From a virus: DNA of 64,000 nt. Below are positions 30,997 through 39,757 of the stretch, piece after piece. The translations under genes and the position numbers were made by a program. The stretch covers positions 45,450 to 109,449 of IMG/VR virus record IMGVR_UViG_3300028581_000018, one strand, 5' to 3'. Numbering within the stretch: the first letter of the stretch is position 1; each line of letters opens with the position of its first letter. The notes beneath the pieces are model-generated. The model was not told the origin of the DNA and ran no database searches. It saw only the letters and a program-made list of their open reading frames with translations.

Positions 30997-32628
30997 TTAA
31001 CTAATACTTGGAATATCAATTACTGAAGTGCTGCAAGGTGTACAAGATACAACTTCAAGTGTAGGACACTGAGCACAAGCAGTCAACCATGCATCGACAG
31101 TTTGTTCAAAACTGGTAGAACGAGCATTCGTGATGATTTCCAACATGTAGCGATCATTATCAAATACGCCAGAAGGGTTGTTGAAGCGAGGAACGCTGTG
31201 CAACAAGTAATAGCGGAAATAACGAGTGCTACGGTTAATCACGTTAAACACATTGTCTCCTTGAGTAATCTCCCGGATACGAATGTCAGTGGCAAAGAAG
31301 TTTTGACGATAGCTCTCAGAAAGAATCAAATCGCGCAAAATTGTTTCGCCAAATCCATTGCCTTGTAAACCTAAACACTCAGTGCGGTTTACGCAGATAC
31401 CTTCAAACTTACAAGGATCTCCAGTGTAATCTACCATAGAAGCGTAGATCTGAATTGGCTCAACTTCATAGAAGTCAGACACTTGGAAAGAGCAGTTACC
31501 AAAAGTGGTATCTACATAAGCTCCAAACAATACCAAACCAGCACACTCACCAGTAGTATGACCAGGAGATACATAATTATCCCAAGTACCATAAACTACA
31601 TCAGTAGGAGCAGCAGTTAAAGCAGTTAGATCAGTTCCAGGAGGGTACAACCATTTTGTGCTACCACTTACAGTTTCAGAAATTACCACAGGGTAAATAA
31701 AATCACTTAGGTAAGGTACATTACGAGTAATATCCATGATTTGAGAGGCCCAACCAATCATAACCAAAGTGGAATCTACAGGAGTGGGTGCTAAAGTCCC
31801 AGAAGGGCAGCAACCAGTGTAGTAATCCAGAGTGTTATACACTTGGTGGTTCATAAAACGTAAAGCAGGTGAACCTTTAATGTCAAGACGCAAGTAGTAG
31901 GTCTCACCACAAAGGAACTCAAAGCAACACTCACCATCTACACTACTTCCATTTACAGAAGTGATGGTTAAGGTAGCATTTGCACCACCGCCAGTAATTG
32001 TTACTACATCTCCTACTTTGTAACCATAACCACTATTGTTAATAGCAACAGCTGTAACTATACCTGCTGCTTGAGTAACATTAACAGTTAAACCATTACC
32101 GTCACCTGTAGAAGTAGTTGCTACACCAGTTCCAGTACTATATCCAGTACCACCTGTGGTAATAGATACACCAGTAACTGCAGTGTTAAAAGGAGTTTTA
32201 CCAATGTTTACAATTGCTTGTTGTGGCGTACATGGTGCAACAACATAGAAATTCTGAACATATTTGGGATTGATTTCTTTAGACTTGTTGGTCTCTTGGT
32301 ATCCACCATGAAATTTACCAATCTTGTCATTTTCATAAAATGAAGAACCAGCAAGGATCAAAGGGCAACATGCACTAGCACCGCTCCATGAAGTATCAGT
32401 TCCTACAGATGCATAAGTGTCTTTGTAAAAAAGACCATAAGCAGGAGTTGCTTTAGGATTAGTAGGCGCAATACTGCGACCAGTTACATATGCACCATTA
32501 AGATTTACCATAGGCATACTTACACTGGTGACATAACCTTGATCCAAGCCTGCAGCTGTTGCTGACTCAACTTGGTTTCCAGCAGTTCCTACGAACACTT
32601 TCTGGAATGAATGATTAAAATAAGCCAT
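30997..32628 (-). CDS. Abundant structural protein (auxiliary capsid-like)
   Basis: Flanked by its own promoter-like motif and terminator; codon usage resembles the capsid gene; contains an inserted TGGTGY module. Confidence 0.5.
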   Translation of the reverse strand: MAYFNHSFQKVFVGTAGNQVESATAAGLDQGYVTSVSMPMVNLNGAYVTGRSIAPTNPKATPAYGLFYKDTYASVGTDTSWSGASACCPLILAGSSFYENDKIGKFHGGYQETNKSKEINPKYVQNFYVVAPCTPQQAIVNIGKTPFNTAVTGVSITTGGTGYSTGTGVATTSTGDGNGLTVNVTQAAGIVTAVAINNSGYGYKVGDVVTITGGGANATLTITSVNGSSVDGECCFEFLCGETYYLRLDIKGSPALRFMNHQVYNTLDYYTGCCPSGTLAPTPVDSTLVMIGWASQIMDITRNVPYLSDFIYPVVISETVSGSTKWLYPPGTDLTALTAAPTDVVYGTWDNYVSPGHTTGECAGLVLFGAYVDTTFGNCSFQVSDFYEVEPIQIYASMVDYTGDPCKFEGICVNRTECLGLQGNGFGETILRDLILSESYRQNFFATDIRIREITQGDNVFNVINRSTRYFRYYLLHSVPRFNNPSGVFDNDRYMLEIITNARSTSFEQTVDAWLTACAQCPTLEVVSCTPCSTSVIDIPSIS

Positions 32629-32691
32629 TGTTTTAGATTAAAAGGGTTATAAACATATTATAATATAAGAAAAAGTTTTTCAAATGCAAAA

Positions 32692-33189
32692 TCAGGAAAG
32701 AAAAAGTAATTTATATTTGGCTGCATTTATACTGTCTTTAACAGTATCAAGGCTGTTTACTATTTCTGAGTATGGCATTTTTGCCTGCAGTTTTGTAATT
32801 GCTGCATACATGTCTCGTAGATAGTTTACAGCATCTTGTACTAAATCTAGTTCTCTGGGTGCACTCTCTGTATACTTCAATATCTTTTCTGCGGCGCCTT
32901 GATACCCTTCAATTAAACTATCAGCATGATCTGGTAATGCTACATATAAATCATTTAATGCTTTATGAACAGCATATGAACCAGGGCCTGTAATTTTTAA
33001 GTGTAGTTTATGAAAGCTTGATGCTGCATTCATCATCTCTGTTGCACAGGCTGCTGTCATTGTGTCTAAAGAGCTGCCACCAACACCTGTATCAGAAGCA
33101 GGTACTGGTTTTACAGTTTCTGGTTGCACTTCTGGCCTAGCAATCTTTTTTGCTGGCTCAGGATTTCTTTTTAAAAGTCTTGATTCCAT
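32692..33189 (-). CDS. Dps/ferritin-like protein
   Basis: FHKLHLKITGPGSYAVHKALNDLY...DSLIEGYQG, a Dps-type H/H/D/E pattern. Confidence 0.8.
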   Translation of the reverse strand: MESRLLKRNPEPAKKIARPEVQPETVKPVPASDTGVGGSSLDTMTAACATEMMNAASSFHKLHLKITGPGSYAVHKALNDLYVALPDHADSLIEGYQGAAEKILKYTESAPRELDLVQDAVNYLRDMYAAITKLQAKMPYSEIVNSLDTVKDSINAAKYKLLFLS

Positions 33190-33887
33190 TAGTTATTTTG
33201 TTCTACGCGTTGTTGCTCTCGTTGATACTGAGTAAATATTTCCATATCACCAGCAAGAATTGATGCTGCCTCGTCAATCATGACTTCAACAACATCATCT
33301 TTAAATTCACTAGTTACATCTGTTGTTGATGTAATACCTGTATAAGGATCTACACAACCCGTAATTTGTATACGCCGGGGTTGACGATAATAGATAAAAC
33401 TACCTTTTGTAATTTCAAACTCTTCGTTGGTATAAACAAAAAGTTTCCCATCACGCAAAGTAGCTACTGTTTCACCCCAATCAAAACTTGGGCGCTTATT
33501 GGTGTCTTTTAAAATAATATCAAGGTTACCTTCTTCAACAAGATACACAACAAGTTTTTTTATAGGACAACATTCATTTTTGGCATACACACTAATTCTT
33601 TTCCATTGAAAATAATCAGCGGGTATAGCACCAAAACTATAGCCATCTTTATCTGTAAGAATAATGTTATACTCAGTTAAAAGAATTTGAAGGTCATCAA
33701 TGCGCCGGTTACTTTGCTCATCACCTTCTTTAAACTGGTTAAAGCCATGGAGCTGGCGCCGGCACCATTCAACTTGCGCTTTATTAAAAGCCTCAACAAT
33801 ATGCCAACACTCAAGATTATCATAGTCTTGACTATCTAGTTTATTGAGCCGTTGCTTAATCTTAAGCTGTATGGTTGAATTTAGCAT
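33189..33887 (-). CDS. Head-tail ring/adaptor protein
   Basis: NKLDSQ...FNKAQ...RIDDLQILL; conserved crAss-like gene in the head block. Confidence 0.65.
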   Translation of the reverse strand: MLNSTIQLKIKQRLNKLDSQDYDNLECWHIVEAFNKAQVEWCRRQLHGFNQFKEGDEQSNRRIDDLQILLTEYNIILTDKDGYSFGAIPADYFQWKRISVYAKNECCPIKKLVVYLVEEGNLDIILKDTNKRPSFDWGETVATLRDGKLFVYTNEEFEITKGSFIYYRQPRRIQITGCVDPYTGITSTTDVTSEFKDDVVEVMIDEAASILAGDMEIFTQYQREQQRVEQNN

Positions 33888-33890
33888 TGA

Positions 33891-34136
33891 TTATTTTTTC
33901 ATCTTACCAAGAGTTTTAGCAAGCCTTGCGCGTTGCGCTGTCTTACCAGAACCTTTAGCTTTCTCGTTTAACCATGATTTTTTAATAGTACCTTCAGGAG
34001 TAATTGCTCCTGCAGCTTTAGCAGTTGCACGTAAAGAACCTGGTTTTTTAATAGCACCTTTAATCCAGCTACCACCAGATTCCATTTTAGTAAGTTTGGT
34101 TGGTGTAATAGCACCACCGCATTTTATGCATTTCAT
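33891..34136 (-). CDS. Small basic protein
   Basis: WIKGAIKKPGSLR...RARLAKTLGKM; Lys-rich. Confidence 0.7.
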   Translation of the reverse strand: MKCIKCGGAITPTKLTKMESGGSWIKGAIKKPGSLRATAKAAGAITPEGTIKKSWLNEKAKGSGKTAQRARLAKTLGKMKK

Positions 34137-34146
34137 GGTTGTATTA

Positions 34147-34719
34147 TTAACAGTTCCATTTTCTTAAATATTCTTCTGCTTCAGAAGAGTCCTTATTATA
34201 ATATAGTAAATAAATCCGTGCAAACTCTAATAAAAACGGATCATCTTTAAAATGACCTAATCCCATATTACAGTTATTACAAAGCATTCCTCTTACTATG
34301 TTTGTAGTATGACAATGATCAACTACGAGTTTTTCTTCAGAGCCACATATAACACAACTTTCAGTTTTGATTAATTCTTTTAATTCTTTATCACTAATCA
34401 TTGATCTATACTGACCTCTTCTTATTTCACTTCTATAATTACCTCTACATGTTTTACACCAACTATCAAAACCATCTAAAGTTTTTTTGTGTGCTGTAAA
34501 ATATTCATTTGTTCTTGGTTTTTCTACATTACATTTTTTACATGTTTTGTTTTCTGAAAAACCTTTTTCTAATTGAAGTTTATTATTATATTCTTTTGAG
34601 CAAGTTATACTACAAAAAACAGTGTTGTTCTTTTTTAAAGATCTTTCAATATCATACTTACCTCTTATAAAAAAAGTGTTACACTGTGTACAATTATATT
34701 TTATTTTCTTTGAAGGCAT
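34147..34719 (-). CDS. Endonuclease VII-type HNH homing endonuclease
   Basis: CVICG...LVVDHCHTTNIVRGMLCNNCNMGLGHFKDDP, plus N-terminal Zn fingers. Confidence 0.92.
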   Translation of the reverse strand: MPSKKIKYNCTQCNTFFIRGKYDIERSLKKNNTVFCSITCSKEYNNKLQLEKGFSENKTCKKCNVEKPRTNEYFTAHKKTLDGFDSWCKTCRGNYRSEIRRGQYRSMISDKELKELIKTESCVICGSEEKLVVDHCHTTNIVRGMLCNNCNMGLGHFKDDPFLLEFARIYLLYYNKDSSEAEEYLRKWNC

Positions 34720-34720
34720 G

Positions 34721-34996
34721 TTAACAATTCCATTTTTTCCTTGCTAATCTTAATCTACTATTTGGATCTTTAGCTGCTTTTGGAAAATTAGCCATTTGCC
34801 CTGCAGATCTAGCACAAAATGATTTACGACGCTTGGCATCTTTACTACCTGGTTTAAGCTCAGAAGGTTTTTTTGTAACTGCAGTTTGTAACTTACTACC
34901 AGGATTTTCCCGGCGATAAGAAGCTACACCTTTAGCATTAAGACCACCTTTTGGATCTTTACCCTCTTTTCTTGTCCAAGCAGCAGTTTTCGCCAT
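34721..34996 (-). CDS. Small basic protein (DUF6321-like)
   Basis: GKDPKGGLNAKG...RRKSFCAR...KWNC. Confidence 0.7.
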   Translation of the reverse strand: MAKTAAWTRKEGKDPKGGLNAKGVASYRRENPGSKLQTAVTKKPSELKPGSKDAKRRKSFCARSAGQMANFPKAAKDPNSRLRLARKKWNC

Positions 34997-35220
34997 TACT
35001 TTTTAAGTTTGCGCACCGGGCTACTTGATGCGGGTTTAGATGCATTCTTTTGAACAATACTGCTTAATGCAGAAAGCTGTTGTTTAGCAAGAGCTTGTGC
35101 GGCTGTTATTCGAGACTTATCAGCCATAATTTCTTTAGCGCGTTGTAGAGTTGATAGATCAGACTCTGTGCGCCATTTCTTTTCTTCTACAGAAAGATTG
35201 ATTGCTTTAGACTTAGCCAT
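34996..35220 (-). CDS. Small basic protein
   Basis: WRTESDLSTLQRAKEI; overlaps the next gene. Confidence 0.65.
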   Translation of the reverse strand: MAKSKAINLSVEEKKWRTESDLSTLQRAKEIMADKSRITAAQALAKQQLSALSSIVQKNASKPASSSPVRKLKK

Positions 35221-35222
35221 GA

Positions 35223-35369
35223 TTATTTGGTTTTTGGTTTAACATTTCCGCCACGTTTGTAAGCGGGTTTCTTTTTACATACAGCTTTAAAACGCTGCAA
35301 CTCTTCTACGCCGGCGCCACTTTGTACACCACCGTAAGCTTTTTTCTTTAAGGGTTTAGTCTTTTTCAT
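35223..35369 (-). CDS. Small Lys-rich protein (48 aa)
   Basis: Likely start MKKTKPL at 35369, downstream of a TATATTA motif; two xxGG motifs. Confidence 0.55.
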   Translation of the reverse strand: MKKTKPLKKKAYGGVQSGAGVEELQRFKAVCKKKPAYKRGGNVKPKTK

Positions 35370-35388
35370 AAGATTAATATACAAAAAA

Positions 35389-35655
35389 TTAACGATATCT
35401 TTTTGCTTTTTCACGAGCACTCTTAGGTTGAGGTACAAACTGTTTACCTCTCTTGTTACCCTCAGCTTTAGCTTTATTTGTAGATGCTTTCTCTCCTGTT
35501 GATAAGGCATCCCACGCTGCTTTAGGTAAGTAGCGTTTTTTACCTTTAGATTTTATTTCTTTAGAAGACCCTCGCTTTTTATTAGCTGCGGTGCCAGAAG
35601 TCATCCACTCTTGCTTAGTCCAGTCACGAAGACTTTGTTGAGGATCTTTAGCCAT
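35389..35655 (-). CDS. DUF5872-like protein, C-terminal half
   Basis: QQSLRDWTKQEW...RYLPKAAW...GKQFVPQP. Confidence 0.7.
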   Translation of the reverse strand: MAKDPQQSLRDWTKQEWMTSGTAANKKRGSSKEIKSKGKKRYLPKAAWDALSTGEKASTNKAKAEGNKRGKQFVPQPKSAREKAKRYR

Positions 35656-35677
35656 TACTTGTTTAATATAAGTTTAA

Positions 35678-35812
35678 TCACCTATGTTCTTTATATAAAC
35701 ATGTATTACATCTGCTTTTTAGTAGATGCTTTTGTAATCCACCTCTACTTCTAAAATTAGAAGTTTCTTTAGATTCTTTACATATAGAACATATTTTAGT
35801 TTTTGTATCCAC
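35678..35812 (-). pseudogene. Truncated homing-endonuclease remnant (Zn finger only)
   Basis: KICSICKESK...SRCNTC resembles KTCKKCNVEK...SWCKTC of 34147..34719, but it stops before any HNH core. Confidence 0.6.
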
Positions 35813-35990
35813 CACCCTTTTTTTTATATTCACGTGCAAGCAATTGACTTTTTCTAGCAGACCATTCTCCAGGATCACCTCCTTTAGAACCAGCTTTGAC
35901 TCTATTAAAGATCGTCTTACGCAAACCAGGCTTGGTGTAGACACCAGCCTGGTTTACTTTAGACTTAGTTTTTGACTTAGAAGGGGTCAT
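35796..35990 (-). CDS. DUF5872-like protein, N-terminal half
   Basis: YTKPGLR...GSKGGDPGEWSARKSQLLAREYKKKGGGYK. Confidence 0.7.
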   Translation of the reverse strand: MTPSKSKTKSKVNQAGVYTKPGLRKTIFNRVKAGSKGGDPGEWSARKSQLLAREYKKKGGGYKN

Positions 35991-36493
35991 TACTTTTTGC
36001 GAGTAGCGCCGCCTTTTTTCATCATTGATTTCTTGGCTCCACCGTACATCATTTTGCCTTTGCCATCAGCAGCAAATGAAGGTACCATTTTGCCATCTTT
36101 TTTTACCATAGGCATAGATCCGCCTTTTTTCATCATAGGTTTAGCTTTAGTAGCTCCACCTTTCTTTTTATAGTCTTCTGGATAACCATCTTTTGTAAAA
36201 CCTGGTAAACCCTTACGACCTTGTCGGTTTAAATCTTTAAGCGCACCAGCAGCAACAGAATCAGCTTTTGCAGATCTAGTAGAATCTCCATAATTTTTTA
36301 AGTTATTTGAAGCATCTGTATAATATCTTTCTTTACCTATAAAATATTCAGTACTATCTGTACTACGAGGTTGATTTGGATTTTTGAACTTGGGTACTTC
36401 CTTACCAACTTGAGCTTTGGCTAACATTTTTTTAGGTGCACGCGATGTGCCACCTTTTTTCATAGTGTTCATTTTGGGTTTTACAGCATTCAT
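35990..36493 (-). CDS. Lys/Met-rich internal virion protein with repeated MKKGG motifs
   Basis: Likely start MNAVKPK at 36493; MKKGG three times, plus YKKKGG and MMYGG. Confidence 0.65.
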   Translation of the reverse strand: MNAVKPKMNTMKKGGTSRAPKKMLAKAQVGKEVPKFKNPNQPRSTDSTEYFIGKERYYTDASNNLKNYGDSTRSAKADSVAAGALKDLNRQGRKGLPGFTKDGYPEDYKKKGGATKAKPMMKKGGSMPMVKKDGKMVPSFAADGKGKMMYGGAKKSMMKKGGATRKK

Positions 36494-36512
36494 GAGTATA
36501 AAAATTAAAGAG

Positions 36513-37517
36513 TTACATATTCCAGTTACGCTCAACCTTTTTGGTAAGATCAAGCAAAATATCCTCATGCAACGGATTCTTTAAAAACTCAACAATGTCA
36601 GAAACATTTCTTCCTAGCAAAGCATTTAACTCAGTGTGGTAAATATAACCATCACCTTTGGTAATAATAAACTTGTAGAAAGTAGCGTCTTTAACAATAG
36701 AGCGAATCTTTAAAGTTTCCATGTCTAACTTTGCAGCATCCAAAAACTGATTAGCAGCCCGAGTTTTGTTTGTTTCAACACCTTCACCATTAATGAACCT
36801 ATCCATTGCGTCATAAATAACATCATTGGGTGTGTTCTTTTTATAAATCTGGCTTGCGGCGTCAACTACTTTAGCAACATAGAACAACTTATTGCTATTC
36901 TTATCATACAGCTTTTGCATTTCTGAAAGAGCTTTGTTGCGTAGTTTTTTACCCTCGGTTTTAGTAATAATAGTTTCTTCAGCCTTATCAAGATAAAACT
37001 TAGGTGGCACCGCGCGAGAACGAGCATCATCTAAGCTTTTAGCCACAATAGAAAATCCACCAGCATTAATTGCGTGTAATTTAATCCTATCAAATGGATC
37101 AACAGGATCCAAGAATAATGGATCATTACCACAACGAATAGCAATTTTGTTCCAGAAAGATTTGTTGTTAGGTTGAAGTAATTCAACCTTATTCCAAAAT
37201 TCTTTGTCCTCTGGATCAAGAATGTTAGCTGCTAATTCTCGCTCAAGTTCAACTACAGCTGAACGGATTTCTCGAATGCGTGCTTCACGAACCTCTGGGT
37301 CAAGTTTTTTAATTTCAGGAGCAAACTCATTTAAACCGGTAAGGTAACGAGTTATTCCATTCATTTCAATACAAGCTAATTGCTCTTCGTGGTAGACACC
37401 ATCATAAAGAGTTAAGCCATATTTTTCAAGACCTAAATTAGATACGTTTCCATCAAAGTAAGGTTTCACAGAAACTGCCGTGAGTTTGGTAGGATTTAAA
37501 GTTTCGACAAGTGTCAT
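36513..37517 (-). CDS. Conserved crAss-like head-module protein
   Basis: 334 aa, two genes downstream of the capsid gene. Confidence 0.55.
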   Translation of the reverse strand: MTLVETLNPTKLTAVSVKPYFDGNVSNLGLEKYGLTLYDGVYHEEQLACIEMNGITRYLTGLNEFAPEIKKLDPEVREARIREIRSAVVELERELAANILDPEDKEFWNKVELLQPNNKSFWNKIAIRCGNDPLFLDPVDPFDRIKLHAINAGGFSIVAKSLDDARSRAVPPKFYLDKAEETIITKTEGKKLRNKALSEMQKLYDKNSNKLFYVAKVVDAASQIYKKNTPNDVIYDAMDRFINGEGVETNKTRAANQFLDAAKLDMETLKIRSIVKDATFYKFIITKGDGYIYHTELNALLGRNVSDIVEFLKNPLHEDILLDLTKKVERNWNM

Positions 37518-37539
37518 GAGTTGTTGGTTTTAAAAGGGG

Positions 37540-38034
37540 TTAATTAATTACTAAGAAATGAATAGTTGCCGCTGCGTTTAATACTGCAGATGAAACGTTT
37601 TTAATGTCAACACTAAAAGAACCATTTGCTACAGTACTAATTGATGCTAAAGGATATCCTGTAGAAGCACTAGGATAAGATACAGTAACCAAAATAACAC
37701 TTGTAGTTTTTACAAAACTGTTATTTACAGTAAACTGAAATTCACCATTTGCTGCTGTAGTTAAAGCTACAGTAGTAATTCTACCAGACGCTGAATTAAT
37801 AGTTACTGGCGTTACATTAGATGTTATTTGAGTTACTGTTGTATTGTCTCCCAAAAACTCAGAATATAGGTCAGTAACCAATTCTGTTTTAAAGTTTGAA
37901 AATTCAATAGCCCAAGTTTTGTAACCGTCATCACGAGTAGAATCAGGATTACCAAATAACAATAACGCGTTATCTGGTACAGTAGTCGAAATAATTTCGT
38001 TAGCTACTAAATATGAAAAATTAACTATGTCCAT
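37540..38034 (-). CDS. Capsid decoration/head fibre-like protein
   Basis: Beta-rich C-terminus (FTVNNSFVKTTSVILV...IHFLVIN), directly after the capsid gene. Confidence 0.5.
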   Translation of the reverse strand: MDIVNFSYLVANEIISTTVPDNALLLFGNPDSTRDDGYKTWAIEFSNFKTELVTDLYSEFLGDNTTVTQITSNVTPVTINSASGRITTVALTTAANGEFQFTVNNSFVKTTSVILVTVSYPSASTGYPLASISTVANGSFSVDIKNVSSAVLNAAATIHFLVIN

Positions 38035-38055
38035 GGATTTTATTTTTTATAAGTA

Positions 38056-38088
38056 AAAAATGGGGAGGATTTGATCCCTCCCCATTTC
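38056..38088 (-). terminator. Terminator after the major capsid gene
   Basis: AAATGGGGAGG...CCTCCCCATTT stem, T-run on the minus strand. Confidence 0.75.
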
Positions 38089-38103
38089 TACTCAGATTTA
38101 TAA

Positions 38104-39720
38104 TTAGAATGAACCTCCAGTGATTGGGTTGCGCATAACAATCTTCAATACCTTGGTAGGATCTTTTACCCAGATTGCAGGCATAGTCTGTGTCATATAC
38201 ACACGGTAACCGTTGAATTGACCAGAGCTTGCAAATCCTTGAGAGCGACCCATGTAGTCCATGGTACCATTTTGGTAGAACCACTTCAACTGATTATCCC
38301 AAGATAACTTCAATAGGAAGATGTTATCATTGGTGTTATCAGTGATATCAAAGATGATAAAGTTATAAGAAGACAAAGGATAACCATCAATGATTGGGTT
38401 TTCAATGTCATTCGTAAACACGTTATCAAATGCAGGATTCAATACAAATTTTACGTTAGCCAAGAATGGAATCACGTAGCTGGTATATGCAAAACCAAAG
38501 TTCAAGTCCATACCTTTACCAGTGATTGCACCGATATCAGCAGCTTGAATCAACAAACCAGAGCTAATAGCTTCTTGTTTGATGGCTTCATTAACCATAC
38601 GCATACCACCCATACCAGTTTGTACAACTAGTGAACGCATTGGATCTGGGCCTTTGAACTCAACTTTACCATTGAAGAAGTTGAAGATCTCAGAGCGGAA
38701 CAAGTCAAGGTTAAAGTTGTTCTTGTTGTAAACACGCTTGAATGAATTATCAAGCTGTTTCCATAGACCAACTGATAAACGCAAATCATCTGGGCCATCT
38801 TGCTTAACACGTCCACCATGTCCCCACATTAAGTAGGTCTCGATGTCAGTAGCAATTTTGGTTAGGTGAGCTGCTTCCATAGTAGTTAGGAAAGTGCGAG
38901 ACAAATCACCATTATCCATTGAACGCTTAACTGCATCTTTACCCATGGTCTTAACCATATCTTCCAAAGAAGTGATTGAAGGATCCATGCGCTTGTCGAA
39001 GTTACGCCAGATTTCAGTTACAGGTACAGTACCGTCAGCATTCATACCACCTTTGATCATAAGATCAGCGCGAGAAGAAACACTATAATGAACGTGAGCT
39101 TCAGCACCACCTACGTAGTTGTAAAACTCACGATATCCAGCACCGGTTTGAATATCAGAGAAACGCTCTCCATATTCACCACGAGCAGAACCTTTACGGA
39201 ATACGCGTGTACCATTTGCAAGATATTTATTATCCATGAAACGGTAGTTGTCATTGTTCACCAACTGCACAGTATAGATGAATCCATCACCAATAGGTAA
39301 AATATCATCAGCAGTGATGTACAATTCAGCGCCGTTGTATTTGTCATAAGTGATGATATCACCATGACCAAACTCGCGCTTGTTCAATTTGATTTTGAAG
39401 GATTGACCATCAATACCTTTAGTAAGGTTATTAGATTCAATGTCTTCAACAATATAGGGAAGCTCTAAGCTTACCGGGGTTTGCCATTTGTACTCACCGC
39501 GAGCGTTATCAACACTGATAACATTCTTACCACCAAAGGATGACATTTGATAAAGAGGCATTTCTACTTTCTGAGCCATTGCCCAAAGGTCAACGGGGCC
39601 CATATCCATAGGTTCTGCATCTTTCAACATGTTTACCAAGTGGTAAGAATCCACGTGAGAACTGGCAGCATATTTGGTATCTCGAAGGAATATACCATTA
39701 TTTAAAACTGGAGTTGCCAT
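38104..39720 (-). CDS. Major capsid protein (crAss-like)
   Basis: 538 aa, in TerL-portal-scaffold-MCP order, with biased codon usage and a downstream terminator. Confidence 0.85.
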   Translation of the reverse strand: MATPVLNNGIFLRDTKYAASSHVDSYHLVNMLKDAEPMDMGPVDLWAMAQKVEMPLYQMSSFGGKNVISVDNARGEYKWQTPVSLELPYIVEDIESNNLTKGIDGQSFKIKLNKREFGHGDIITYDKYNGAELYITADDILPIGDGFIYTVQLVNNDNYRFMDNKYLANGTRVFRKGSARGEYGERFSDIQTGAGYREFYNYVGGAEAHVHYSVSSRADLMIKGGMNADGTVPVTEIWRNFDKRMDPSITSLEDMVKTMGKDAVKRSMDNGDLSRTFLTTMEAAHLTKIATDIETYLMWGHGGRVKQDGPDDLRLSVGLWKQLDNSFKRVYNKNNFNLDLFRSEIFNFFNGKVEFKGPDPMRSLVVQTGMGGMRMVNEAIKQEAISSGLLIQAADIGAITGKGMDLNFGFAYTSYVIPFLANVKFVLNPAFDNVFTNDIENPIIDGYPLSSYNFIIFDITDNTNDNIFLLKLSWDNQLKWFYQNGTMDYMGRSQGFASSGQFNGYRVYMTQTMPAIWVKDPTKVLKIVMRNPITGGSF

Positions 39721-39757
39721 TGTTTTGATGTTTGATTAAGGGTTAAAAAATTAAAAG

